A stretch of DNA of 64,000 nucleotides, taken from the NCBI GenBank assembly GCA_950097015.1, contig CATNEN010000029.1, positions 2,604,001 to 2,668,000 of the forward strand, read 5' to 3'. This DNA is from Macrostomum hystrix (taxonomy: Eukaryota; Animalia; Platyhelminthes). The notes under the pieces were generated by a model that worked only from the letters and a program-made list of their open reading frames with translations, searched no databases and had not been told where the DNA came from. This document shows positions 13,401 through 24,905 of this stretch, piece after piece (within the stretch, counting starts at the first letter, position 1; each line of letters opens with the position of its first letter). A program made the translations under genes and the position numbers.

Positions 13401-16400
13401 TATTGTCTTACTGTGTTTTCACTGTTCTCTAACCGTGCTCTCTGGTCTGTGCTCAAACTGTGCTTAAATTAGTTCTCAATGTGCTCAAAGCGTGCTTCAA
13501 CTGTGCACAAACTGTGCTTCAACTGTGCTCAAACTGTGCTTAAACTGTGCTCAAACTGTGCTCAAACTGTGCTTAAACTGTACTCAAACTGTGCTTAAAC
13601 TGTGTTCTCACTGTGCCTCAACTGTGCTCTCACGCCGCAGCTTCTCCTCAGACCTACGTGGTCATCAGTCCGAAGCCCGCCTGCGTCCAGTTCGGACATC
13701 CGTCGTCCGGGCAAGTCCTCGACACCTCGGAGGACTGCCTCTACATGAACCTGTGGACGCCCGCGACTTCTGAAGTCACTGTGACCAACCTGCCAGTGCT
13801 GCTCTTTCTGCACGGTGGCTTCTTCGAGGCTGGCGACGCTGCAGACGACCGCTGGCGAGGCAGCCACGTGCTGGACTTCGGTGATGCAGTGGTGGTCACG
13901 GCTGCCTACCGACTGGGTGCGACTCTTACATGTTACTGTCTCTTTCCCCATCTGTTACTGTCTCTTCCCCATTAGGTACTGTCTCTTTCCCCACCTGTTA
14001 CTGTCTCTCCCCAACCTGTTACTGTCTCGTCCCCCCACCTGTTACTGTCTCTTCCCCACCTCTTACTGTCCCTTCTCCACCTGTTACTGTTTCTCCCTAA
14101 CCTGTTACTGTCTCTTCTCCCCTGTTACTCTCCTGTGTTACCCATCTGTGTCAGTCAGTCTATCTACTTTCTTACCTGTGGCAGTCTCTTTATGAATAAA
14201 TAATTTTTATGCTCTATAGTGCTCTATCAGCACTACTGTTAGTAGCAGCTCTCGAAATCACAACCGAAAATGTGGCCCGCAGGACCGCTCGGCTTCCTTT
14301 GGATTCCGGGCGTTGTGAGTGCAAACCTGGGACTGAGAGACCAGGCCATGGTCATTGAGTGGGTGAGCGGAAGAAACATCCGCAGGTTCGGCGGCTCCTC
14401 CTCGAAGGTCACCCTGATCGGCGTGGAGTCGGGCGCCGCCTCGGTCGGCTTCCACCTTCTGGCTGGGAAGTCACAATTCCAGCGAGCTGTGCTGCTGTCA
14501 GGGTCGCCCAACACGCCTTACCTGGTATCGCCCAGAACAGACAGCGTCCAGCAGCTGCACTCGAACTTCACAGGTGTGCTCAGCTCAGCCAGGAGCTGGG
14601 TGTTTTACATAGGATTGGTATATGCAGATAGGGATGTGGGGATGGGATATGCAGGTAGGGATGTGGGAATTGGGATATGCAGATAGGGATGAGGGGATGG
14701 GATATGCAGATAGGGATGTGGGGATGGGACATGCAGATAGGGATGTGGGGATGGGATATGCAGATAGGGATGTGGGGATTGGATACGCAGATAGTGATGT
14801 GGGGATGGGACATGCAGATAGGGATGTGGGTATGGGATATGCAGATAGGGATGAGAGGATGGGATATGCAGATAATGATGTGGAGATATGCAGATAGGGA
14901 TGAGGGGATGGGATATGCAGATAGGGATGTGGGGATGGGACATGCAGATAGGGATGTGGGGATGGGATATGCAGATAGGGATGTGGGGATTGGATACGCA
15001 GATAGTGATGTGGGGATGGGACATGCAGATAGGGATGTGGGTATGGGATTGCAGATAGGGATGAGAGGATGGGATATGCAGATAATGATGTGGAGATATG
15101 CAGATAGGGATGTGGGGATGAGATATGCAGATAGGGATGTGGGGATGGGACATGCAGATAGGGATGTGGGGATGGGATATGCAGATAGGTATGTAGGGAT
15201 TGGAATGTAAAACGTTTGCATCATAGAATCAGGATCTTGGTATTGTGAGTTGCTGACTCGTGACTGGGATTGGAGGATGTGAAAATCATCAGGGGATAAG
15301 CAGTGCACTGCAGCCCTGAATCTTGTCTCGCGCCTCTCCCGCAGCCGCCTCGCTGCAATGCAATACCTTCGGGTCCACGAAGTCCTTGCTGGCCTGCCTG
15401 CAAGCCCTTAACGTCTCAGACATCGTCAGCGCAGCCGCCGAGTTCCAGCGAAACGAGGCTCGACTCCCTGCACCGTTCATCGCCTTCGGGCCGGTCTTGG
15501 ACAATGACTTCCTGAACTCGGAACCCTGGGCCACCGACTCGCTGCCTCCGCTGCCTCCGCTGTTGCTGGGCGGTGTGGCGGCGCCTGGCAACGCCCTGCT
15601 CCGAATGCTGCTCAGCAGCCAGCAGCTGCAGAATATGACTCGTGACGAGCTGCAGACAGTGAGTAGAGTGTGCTCTGTATGAGGTTTTCTGTGTACCTGT
15701 GCGCTTGTGTACCTGTGTGCTTGTGAACCTGTGTGCTTGTGTACCTGTGCGCTTGTGTACCTGTGTGCTTGTGAACCTGTGTGCTTGTGTACCTGTGCGC
15801 TTGTGTACCTGTGTGCTTGTGAACCTGTGCGCTTGTGTATCTGTGCGCTTATGTACCTCTGTGCTTGTGAACCTGTGTACTTGTGTACCTGTGTGCTTGT
15901 GTACCTGCGTGCTTGTGTACCTGTGTGCCTGTGCGCTTGTGTACCTGTGTACTTGTGAACCTGTGTACTTGTGAACCTGTGTACTTGTGTATCTGTGTGC
16001 TTGTGTATCTGTGTGCTTGTGTACCTGTGTGCTTGTGTATCTGTGTGCTTGTGTATCTGTGTGCTTGTGTACCTGCGTGCTTGTGTACCTGTGTATCTGT
16101 GTGCTTGTGTATCTGTGTGCTTGTGTATCTGTGCGCTTGTGTATCTGTGTGCTTGTGAACCTGTGTGCTTGTGAACCTGTGTGCTTGTGTATCTGTGTGC
16201 TTGTGTATCTGTGTGCTTGTGTACCTGTGTGCTTGTGTACCTGCGTGCTTGTGTACCTGTGTGCCTGTGCGCTTGTGTACCTGTGTACTTGTGTACCTGT
16301 GTGCTTGTGAACCTGTGTACTTGTGTATCTGTGTGCTTGTGTATCTGTGTGCTTGTGTACCTGTGTGCTTGTGTATCTGTGTGCTTGTGAACCTGTGTGC

Positions 16401-18589
16401 TTGTGAACCTGTGTGCTTGTGTATCTGTGTGCTTGTGTATCTGTGTGCTTGTGTACCTGTGTGCTTGTGTACCTGCGTGCTTGTGTACCTGTGTATCTGT
16501 GTGCTTGTGTATCTGTGTGCTTGTGTACCTGTGTGCTTGTGTACCTGCGTGCTTGTGTACCTGTGTATCTGTGTGCTTGTGTATCTGTGTGCTTGTGTAT
16601 CTGTGCGCTTGTGTATCTGTGCGCTAATGTACCTATGTGCTTGTGAACCTGTGTGCTTGTGTGCTTGTGAACCTGTGTGCTTGTGAACCTGTGTGCTTGT
16701 GTGCTTGTGAACCTGTGTGCTTGTTTACATGTGTACCTGTGTGCTTGTGTATCTGTGCGCTTGTGCACCTGTGTGCCCGTGTAAGTGTGTTCCTGTTTGT
16801 TTGTACGCCTGTGTGCTTGAGTCACAGTGTACCTGTGTACCTCTGTTCCTTGACGCTGTTGTGTTGTGTATCTTCCGCATCTGCATCTCAGCCGCTCATT
16901 CCGCCCGCTCAGCTCCTGGCCGACTCTCTTCGCCACTTCCCCCGCTTCGCCGAGTCGCTGTCGCCCGTCGGCCTGCAGGCGGCTGCCAACCGGTTCGCCA
17001 GGTTCCCGGACCCGGGTGCTGGTAGTCCTGGTGTCGGCAGCGACGCTCGGCTGCTGGCGCAGGCGCTGGGCGACCGACACTTCAGCTGCCCGTCCTGGAA
17101 GTTCATGGCAGCTGCCAGCGCTCGCCAGCAGCCCGAGCCCGTGTTCGGCTTCCTGCTGGCTGCGCCCGCTGAGGCCCCACCGAGTGGCGACCCCCTGATT
17201 GGAGCCACTCTGTGTGAGCTGAGCTGCTTGTGACTGCCTTTTGTGTAGGGGTGCTCTCACTCACCAGCCATCACTGGCCTCACTCACCAGTCATCACTGG
17301 CCTCACTCACCAGTCATCACTGGCCTCACTCACCAGCCATCACTGGCCTCACTCACCAGTCATCACTGGCCTCACTCACCAGTCATCACTGGCCTCACTC
17401 ACCAGCCATCACTGGCCTCACTCACCAGCCATCACTGGCCTCACTCACCAGCCATCACTGGCCTCACTCACCAGCCATCACTGGCCTCACTCACCAGCCA
17501 TCACTGGCCTCACTCACCAGCCATCACTGGCTTCATTCAGTTTTATTAGTTGACCGCTCCTCCTGACCACTCCGTCCTGCAGTCGACGACGCCCACATCC
17601 TCATGGGCCGGCCCGCCGGTCCTGCGAAGCCACTCGGCGAGGTGCCCGCCCAGCTATCGGCCTTCCTGGTCCGCAGCCTGCTGGATTTCGCTGAGAACGG
17701 CAGTCCGCGCTGGGAGGCATACGACGCTGCCAGTCAACGAGTGCTGCTGCTGCGGGATCCCGGAGACGGCGACAACGCCACATCGCCCCTGCGATACGTC
17801 GAGGACGTCTACCGCGGACAGAACTGCGCCTTCTGGGACCAGGCGCTTCCGTGCATCGACTCGCCCCATTGCATCAGCCAGCTGGACCCGCCGATGACAA
17901 CGACAATGACTACCCCGACAGAGACAACACCGACGACCTCCCCGACTTCCACTGACTCACAGGCCGATTCCACTCCCACACAGGTGACTGGTGAGTCTAC
18001 TTCTACCATTCGTCCTCCCGTGACTGACTCGACCGGGTCAACCCTGTCAACTGGACCGACAAATCCTTCGCCCGACGTTGATACAACATCTGCACCGATA
18101 GTTCCTTCCACCACGCCGCCTACGTCAACCGTTGACCCAGGCACTGGAGGCGGTGGCTTGGACATGCTGGCCATTGTGCTCATTGTGGTCTTCTCAATTG
18201 TTGGAGTGGCTCTTCTGATTGGTGGCGGATTCCTGATCTATCGATTCTACAGTAGAAGCCCGTCCAGAGGAGACACTGACCTACCAGAGCGATACCCTAG
18301 TCGAACCCAGAATCAGCAGCAGCAGCAGCAGCAGAACAATAAACCGCTTGACCGGGCCGTGGATCAAGAACCACCTCAGGCGGCGTCCAATAGGCAACGA
18401 AGTGGCGCCGACAGCGCTGACCAACGTCCAGCCAATAAAACAACTGTCCAGCCAGGAAAGCAAGAATCCACTGCCGTTGGCGCAGCGATTTATGGGTCAC
18501 TCGCTGATCAGCAGCAGCAGCAGCACACTGCTTCAGTGGATGGTGTCAATAATGAGGGCTTTTCAAGTGTTGAGGAAAGTAAAATGTAG
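10479..18589 (+). CDS. Tandem double cholinesterase-like (non-catalytic, neuroligin/CLAM-like) type I membrane protein, long-tail copy; 8 exons 10479-11594, 11965-12358, 12821-13264, 13641-13916, 14283-14573, 15345-15658, 16892-17213, 17583-18589; ~1387 aa
   Basis: Same motifs as the minus copy; phases 0,1,1,1,1,0,1 are consistent and the total is 4164 nt. Nucleophile elbows GHGPS and GVESG lack the catalytic Ser. TM helix followed by a ~115-aa tail ending EESKM. An alternative exon 3 acceptor at 12788 is in the same phase but lacks a pyrimidine tract. Confidence 0.88.
11650..11977. repeat. 46-bp minisatellite spanning the intron 1/exon 2 junction of the plus copy (7 acceptor copies)
   Basis: CCCAG|ATGCTGGACAGAG at 11689, 11735, 11781, 11827, 11873, 11919, 11965. 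Confidence 0.92.
12445..12787. repeat. 20-bp GTGACAGCTGAGGTGCGTGA minisatellite, intron 2 of the plus copy
   Basis: Tandem units. Confidence 0.95.
13490..13630. repeat. 11-bp AAACTGTGCTC minisatellite, intron 3 of the plus copy
   Basis: Tandem units; much shorter than in the left arm. Confidence 0.9.
13930..14135. repeat. ~21-bp ACCTGTTACTGTCTCTTCCCC minisatellite, intron 4 of the plus copy
   Basis: Tandem units. Confidence 0.9.
14618..15205. repeat. ATATGCAGATAGGGATGTGGGGATGGG minisatellite, intron 5 of the plus copy
   Basis: Tandem units with an internal block duplication. Confidence 0.95.
15690..16835. repeat. CTGTGTGCTTGTGTAC-type minisatellite, intron 6 of the plus copy (~1.1 kb)
   Basis: Tandem units. 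Confidence 0.95.
17255..17530. repeat. 20-bp CACTCACCAGCCATCACTGG-type minisatellite, intron 7 of the plus copy
   Basis: ~13-14 copies versus ~2.5 in the left arm (2706-2756). Confidence 0.95.
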
Positions 18590-21500
18590 GTTTTTGGAAC
18601 TTCCAAGATGTTTTAATTATGGACATTTCGCCTAAGCTTCTATGCAAAACGTTTCCCTCATTTATCACTCACGGCCTATGTCACTAGGTGTCGTGATCGA
18701 GCTATCCTGACATTAGTATGATCATTTTTGCCTCTTTTATTTCTTATGTTACTGTGCTAACACATGCATGTACATTTAACCACCCGATAAATCCAATGAT
18801 CGAGCAGTTCATCTCAAAACTTTAAACTTAAAAAAATTCCATCGCAACTGAAACGGGTCTCAATTTAGAGCCGTTTTGACCAGTTTGTCATTAGATTCAG
18901 CGGGCAATGCATATACTCGTGAATTTGCATTCTCACATGCATTCTCACATGTATAGATCAGTAAATTTTTCTGTTAGGCTGTGAATGCATTGTGGTATCT
19001 ACTCAAGTGAAATTTTCCGATTAGCTACTGCCAAGATATTATATATTCTGTTCATTGATCGATGGAAATTTGGCGTTGATCACTAAGAGAACTGTGCCGA
19101 GTTATCTTTTACCCTTGCTCATTCAATTCAGTCGCGAAGCGCTTTATGGGTTCTCACCCCTTGTCGTCTATGGCTCCATTTTATGGAGTCATCAGCGTCA
19201 CAGCTAAGTGATTCTTCACTCGAGTTTGGAGTTTTTTAAAGAAGCATGCACGACGGCACATCAGGAAATTATGGGTATTCTTAGTGCAGAACGCGAGTGT
19301 GAAATTATTGATTGCACAACTTGCTGCATCTGTTTAAACAATCGAATTTAGGAAAGTGAACTGCATAAATAGAGTTGCTTAGCTTGACTTGATCGAAAGA
19401 ATAGCCAGTCGCGCTGCTGAGACAGCAGCAAATTGAGCGTTGAATCGAAGCTACGTATAGTGCTAATAACATCCTGGCTTCATTATGTTATTTATTTTCG
19501 TTTATTTATCATCAAGCACAATAGCAACCAATAAGACATAAAATTATACTTGATTTAAGTGACTGTAAAATTGAGTTAGTCATTTGATAGATTTTGACTA
19601 GCTGCTGTGCTTTTTTATAAACAAACAAAAACAAAATTACGATATAATTTTCATAATGAAGCCATCTAGAATTCGGAGAAGACTTTTTAATTTTCCAAGA
19701 AACAAAGCGTCCTATCCTTCTTCTTCTAGAGGTCCTTAGCTTGTTTAAATCTAAAATTTGCAATCACGGTTTTATTTGAATTAAAACAACATTTTAAACA
19801 AGTAGATAACAGGTTTATTTACTGTGCACTAATGTGTACAAATATTACACATTAGGTTGTCAATTAAAAGCTAGAAATGTTTTTTTTTACTTTTAAAATA
19901 TGAGCAATAAAATTTAATATACTTGATCTTGAAGAAATGCAAGTGTACAATTAAAAAATTATTACCTAATTTGGGAAATGTCTTCTTTACTTAAATCTAT
20001 GGCAAGATACGATAAGCATAATAATTAGTCATCAGTAGAGTAGAGTAGCGATATTTCTATGGCGAAATGTTTTGCTCTAATTAGTATTATGCTTCGCTAA
20101 CAAATGCTTCATGGACTGTTTTTTTCTGTTACTTGTTTGCGTTGCTTACGTTTTATCTAGTTGACTATTATTCGTCTGCGTGCAACAAACCTAGATTCCC
20201 GAAAGATATTGATATTAACCGAGAATACTAATCAGCTTAGCTGCGAAAATCACTGCAAACAGAGCAAATATTCAAATTCTCTATTTAAGTAGAATCAAAA
20301 GCAATTAACTGAACTACCTTTGGATTTACTATAGGTAGGCCTAATATGAATAAGTATTATCTGTTCTTTTGTTCCACATATTGCAGAAGTAGCAGTGCTT
20401 ATTGACACAGTACCGTGCTGTGCCAATAACAATAACTTGCAGACACAGTACCATGCCAATTCATGCCAATAGTATGACTATTAAAGTCTTTCATGCTAAA
20501 AAGTGGGCCTTATTGCTAGGACATTTAATTGTCTTGTCTAAATGCGTAAACCTATCTGTCTAGTCTTTGACACTTTGTGTTATTAAGTGGACCTTATTGC
20601 CATTCCATTATACTGCAGCAATAGCTAGTCGCCTAGTCTGCAAGTTATTGGGATACTACTATACCATGGCAATTAGTTCTGCAATTAGATTAGGCCCCTA
20701 TAGGCCCTATGCTTGAGTTAGACCTAGCATATAGCAATGGAAATAAAAAAGGGCATAACATTTTCTGAATATGTGGTCAGGTTTTTTTTCATAAAAAAGC
20801 AGATGCAAGCTTGCATCTTAAGCCTAAAATCTAGGTGCAAATTAAAAAGTCTGGGTGCAGATTTTATCTACACCCAAAATTAGTTCTTACACAGAAAATA
20901 AAGATATTTTAATGAAATTTCAGGGCTTAAGGCAGATGTTTTACTTGAATATTTCTAGGAAATCTGTGAGCACTGCAGCCTGAAATTTGAAATGTCACTA
21001 TAGGTTTGGTAAAGTGAAAATACTAAAGATGCAAAATAAATATACTGAATAATTGAAAAGCTCAATAAGGAACAAAAAAGTTACTTTAAAGTGTTCCTAT
21101 AAATTAATTTGCACTTGCACCTTAACTAAGAAAAAAGCTGGTGCAATATTTGCATATGATTCCCAATTTTAGGTGTAAATCAGGATTTTGGGGTGCAAGT
21201 TGTTCCCAATTTACACACTTTTGTTTCCCACCCTAAATGATTTTAACATATTTTTGCACAGAATGTGATATATGTATAGAAAATATCAGCAAGGCCAGTT
21301 TCAGGAAGGCCAAGTTGAGATGAAAGAGGCACACAGTGTTACTCGATGGCTATAGTTCCCAACAGGTCTGCCAATAGCCTGATTCTGATCATCAATTGTC
21401 AACCACTTGCCTGTTAACCACTCTCTATACTTTATACTCTTTTTTATATAATTGCCCATGATTTGACTTGTTCTGCACTCTTTAGGCTCTGAAATGGGCA

Positions 21501-21679
21501 CAAAATATGTTTAAACAGTTTAGAGCAAGAAACCAAAGTTATTCCCACAATATAAGCTAACAGGATTGCCATGTTTGCTTGTGGGAATTTTGCTTACAGA
21601 AAGTTTGCTTGCGGCAGTCTGCTTGGGGAGGTTTGCTTGCCAAAGTTTGCTTGCAAGAATTTTAGCTTTTCTACCTACC

Positions 21680-21962
21680 CATACATGCGCAACCTCCCAA
21701 ATCTTAGCCGGCCATATGACTTAGTTTTTGCTCTATTTACGACTTAGTTTGCTCTCATTTGCGACTTAGTTCGTTTCATTGCTCAATTTACGACTTAGTT
21801 TGCTCTCTTTTTCTCTCCCCTTTTTCCTTTTCTTCAAGCCTTCCTTTTTTGTCCCTTGGTCCCCCCTTTGATTTTTTGGTGCTTGGTTGATTGGTTTTTG
21901 CGACTTACTATGCTTGGCACTCGTTTCATCCAGCCGGTTCGGCCGGGTGTTGCGCATGTATG
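21680..21962. mobile_element. MITE (hAT-like), copy 1
   Basis: 14-bp TIR CATACATGCGCAAC / GTTGCGCATGTATG; flanks TACCTACC and TACTTACC (8-bp TSD, 1 mismatch); homologous to 45226..45526. Confidence 0.88.
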
Positions 21963-23527
21963 TACTTACCGACCTTGACTACCTTTGCTTGGTTTTCTAC
22001 TTGCTTTAAGAATCTTTCATTTCAAACTTACTTCACCCTATTAAGTTAAAGCTATGCCTCAAAAGTTTAATCTGGATTGGTGCCAGATTGGTGACATAGA
22101 CTGCAGCTTGTTTTTACAGCATGATATGATGATGGCAGCTAACAGAATGAGTGCATAAGGTAATTAATTTAGAGTAGTTATTCCTGCCTAAGAAATAACA
22201 TGGTACAAAAATAGTAATATGCCTATAAGTTTCGAGTAAACTTGCAAACTTAAATTTTAATCCAATTTTCACCAAAAGCATAGCATGGTTTTTCTGATTT
22301 TTAAAGTCAGGTTTTTCTGTGCTAAATAGATACCATCACACCTCAAAAGTAGATTTCACACCCTGAATTTGGACAGACTCAAAAAAGCAATGGCAAAATA
22401 AATATAATTTTAAGGGCTTGTGTCAAACTTGAATGGTTTCATGATAGAGATCACTAAAGTGTGTATCAATAGTATAATATCAACTTTTGAGTTGAAATTG
22501 AATCCAATGTACGCTCACCTGATATCTGATTTGACACCCTAATTTTGGACCCAATGTCCAACTTAGACACCTAATGGTCTTCTGGCACATAATTAGGTGT
22601 ATGAATAGCACCACAGTTGTGACAAAAAATCTGTATATATGCTAGAAATTTATGAACAGTACAAGGTGAGATTGATAATTTGTGCTAAAGCTATTATGTC
22701 ATACTATCTGACATTTGCTATCTATTATTGAAAACTAATGTAAACAATATTCGATTTATTAGTCATGCATAGCATATTTCATACTAATAGTTAGTTTATA
22801 GCAACTATTTAATCTTTAGATATATATTGGTAATTTCTCTTGTCAAACATCAATTCAAATTGTGGCACTTGTAGGCATTGTAAAATCATATGGTAGCGGG
22901 ATACATCCCTAGCATTGATTGACAATGCAGATATGGGCATAGCATGAATTACTATGCGCTGCAAATTATCTTAGAGGCCTGATAGGTTCTGTGCAGAAGT
23001 CTTTGCGTGTGCGTATGTTTGTGCGCGCGAACTAATAACTCGGGGAAAAGATTGCTAAAGGTTGGCTTAAACAAGTGCGCCACAATTTACCCGTGGATTC
23101 GCGGAAATCTCTCTTCTTAGATCACTCGCCGCACTTAATACCTCCGGCACCATCAACTGCGCATTGATTATGATTAACTCGCAGCTTGATGGTTCGGGTT
23201 GCAGATCGTTGCACGAATACTATTTTTAGCTGCAAACGAATGATGGAAATAAAAACATAGCTTTCATGTTTTATTGCTTTTTATTAATTCGATTTAACAT
23301 TTAACGTTTAGGTTGAAATGTCAGCGATAATGGCTGGCTTACTATCTATTAAGGGTGCACTACGATAAGCCAAAGCAGCGCAAAATATTTAAGCCAGTCT
23401 AAACTTATAAAGTTAGGCCATCCTCTCCAGAATCATCTGGCTGTTCTCTTCAAATGTTAAACAAAAAAATCGACCAACTTCAGGCAACCAATCAACGGCG
23501 GCTAATCCTAGCAGGAGCCTAGTTGCT

Positions 23528-24846
23528 ATGACAACGCCGAACTCCGGTGCCGGCAGTCGGCGAGGCTCCGGAGGAGGCGGCACTCGCACGCCTGGCAGGG
23601 GAGCCGGCGGCTCCGGTGATGGCAGCCAGCGGGGCTCGCCGGGTCTGAGCGCCACTGCCAGCTGCCTGCGCTGGGCGGAGTGTCCGCAGAATCTGCTTGA
23701 CGATCCTGAAGGCGTCCTACTACTGAAGCAATTCATGGAGGACATGAATCCTTCGCATGCGCGCGCTTTCGACTTCTACTTTGCCGTGAAAGGTTTAAAA
23801 AGCGGCTGTCAGCAGCCGCAGCAGCATCAGCTAATTCGCCTTATCAATAGAAAGTACGTCAGCAGAGACGACTGCGTGCCGATCAGCGCCGCAGTTCGCG
23901 CCGCCATTCAGGCCAGGGTGCGCGCCGGAGACACAGATCCTTGCCTGTTTGACCCGGCTCTGGATGAAGTTGTTCATTTTCTCACAGATACAGTCTATCC
24001 GGCCTTTCTAAAGTCCGACTTGTATATAAACTATCTGGCCTGCGTTGGTAGCGGCGCCACCTGGCAACCCTGTCTAGCCGGGGTCGAACTCGCGACCAAC
24101 AATTCGACAGCAGCCGGCGCCTCATGTTCGCCAGCTGTGCACACTCCGCGCAGCCTGCCAACTGTGCATGAGGATCGAGAATTGCAACAGCAGCTGACTG
24201 CGGCAGTCGCAGCGGCAGCTGGGTCCAGAGCCGGGTCGGTGCCTCGATCCCGCTCATCGCCGGCGCCCGCCACCACTGGAGCGGCTGCAGCAACAGCGGC
24301 CCGGCCGGTGCTTGACTTGACCATTAAGAATCTGTACGCTACTCGGTTTCAAAGGGGACGCGCGTCTCTACCTGAGTTTGCAGGCGGCCCACAGACTGGG
24401 TGAGTATGGGGTCATTGCAGCTGATAGACAGGGAGTCTATGCTGACAGGCAGGGAGTCTATGCTGACAGGCAGGGAGTCTATGCTGACAGGCAGGGAGTC
24501 TATGCTGACAGGCAGGGAGTTTCAGCTGACATACAGACCGTACACTCCACCTGTTACCTTTGCCGGTTGTCATAGAAACCGACTCAGGTGAAGACATTTT
24601 AAGCTACTCTATTGATGAGTAAAACAGTTCAAATACAGAGGTTAAGTAAAATTTTGCACCTGTAAAATTCTATATTGTCTTCTCGTACTGGACATGTCCT
24701 CCTTTTCAGTCTAGATTTTTTCATGTCGTTTTAATTATAGGAAAAATTGCGTTGTTAAAGAAAATTGTCAGCGTGTTTAACTTTTGGAATGTCTGGCTTT
24801 TTCTCTTTCTTCTTTTCCGCTTGCTTTGCCGCCGCCGCCGCCTCTG

Positions 24847-24905
<59 letters not shown>

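Larger units (their letters stand above)
10381..18180. repeat. Right arm of large inverted repeat (palindrome)
   Basis: Begins AACAGGGCGTTACCGTCAC at 10381; near-identity to the left arm ends at ...GCCATTGTGCT 18180. Confidence 0.95.

Noticed and set aside
14420-14445. GVESGAAS as an active esterase serine motif
   Set aside because: Aligned to GESAGAAS, Glu occupies the nucleophile position and the Ser is one residue late
2052-18180. Palindrome as a pure sequencing or assembly fold-back artefact
   Set aside because: The arms differ by substitutions, in-frame indels and repeat copy numbers, have a unique spacer, and each runs in frame into its own intact TM and tail; long-read confirmation is still needed
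20760-22550. Possible hAT-like ends (...CCCACCCTA near 21230, ...GACACCCTA near 22540)
   Set aside because: Only single ends visible; no matching TIR or TSD
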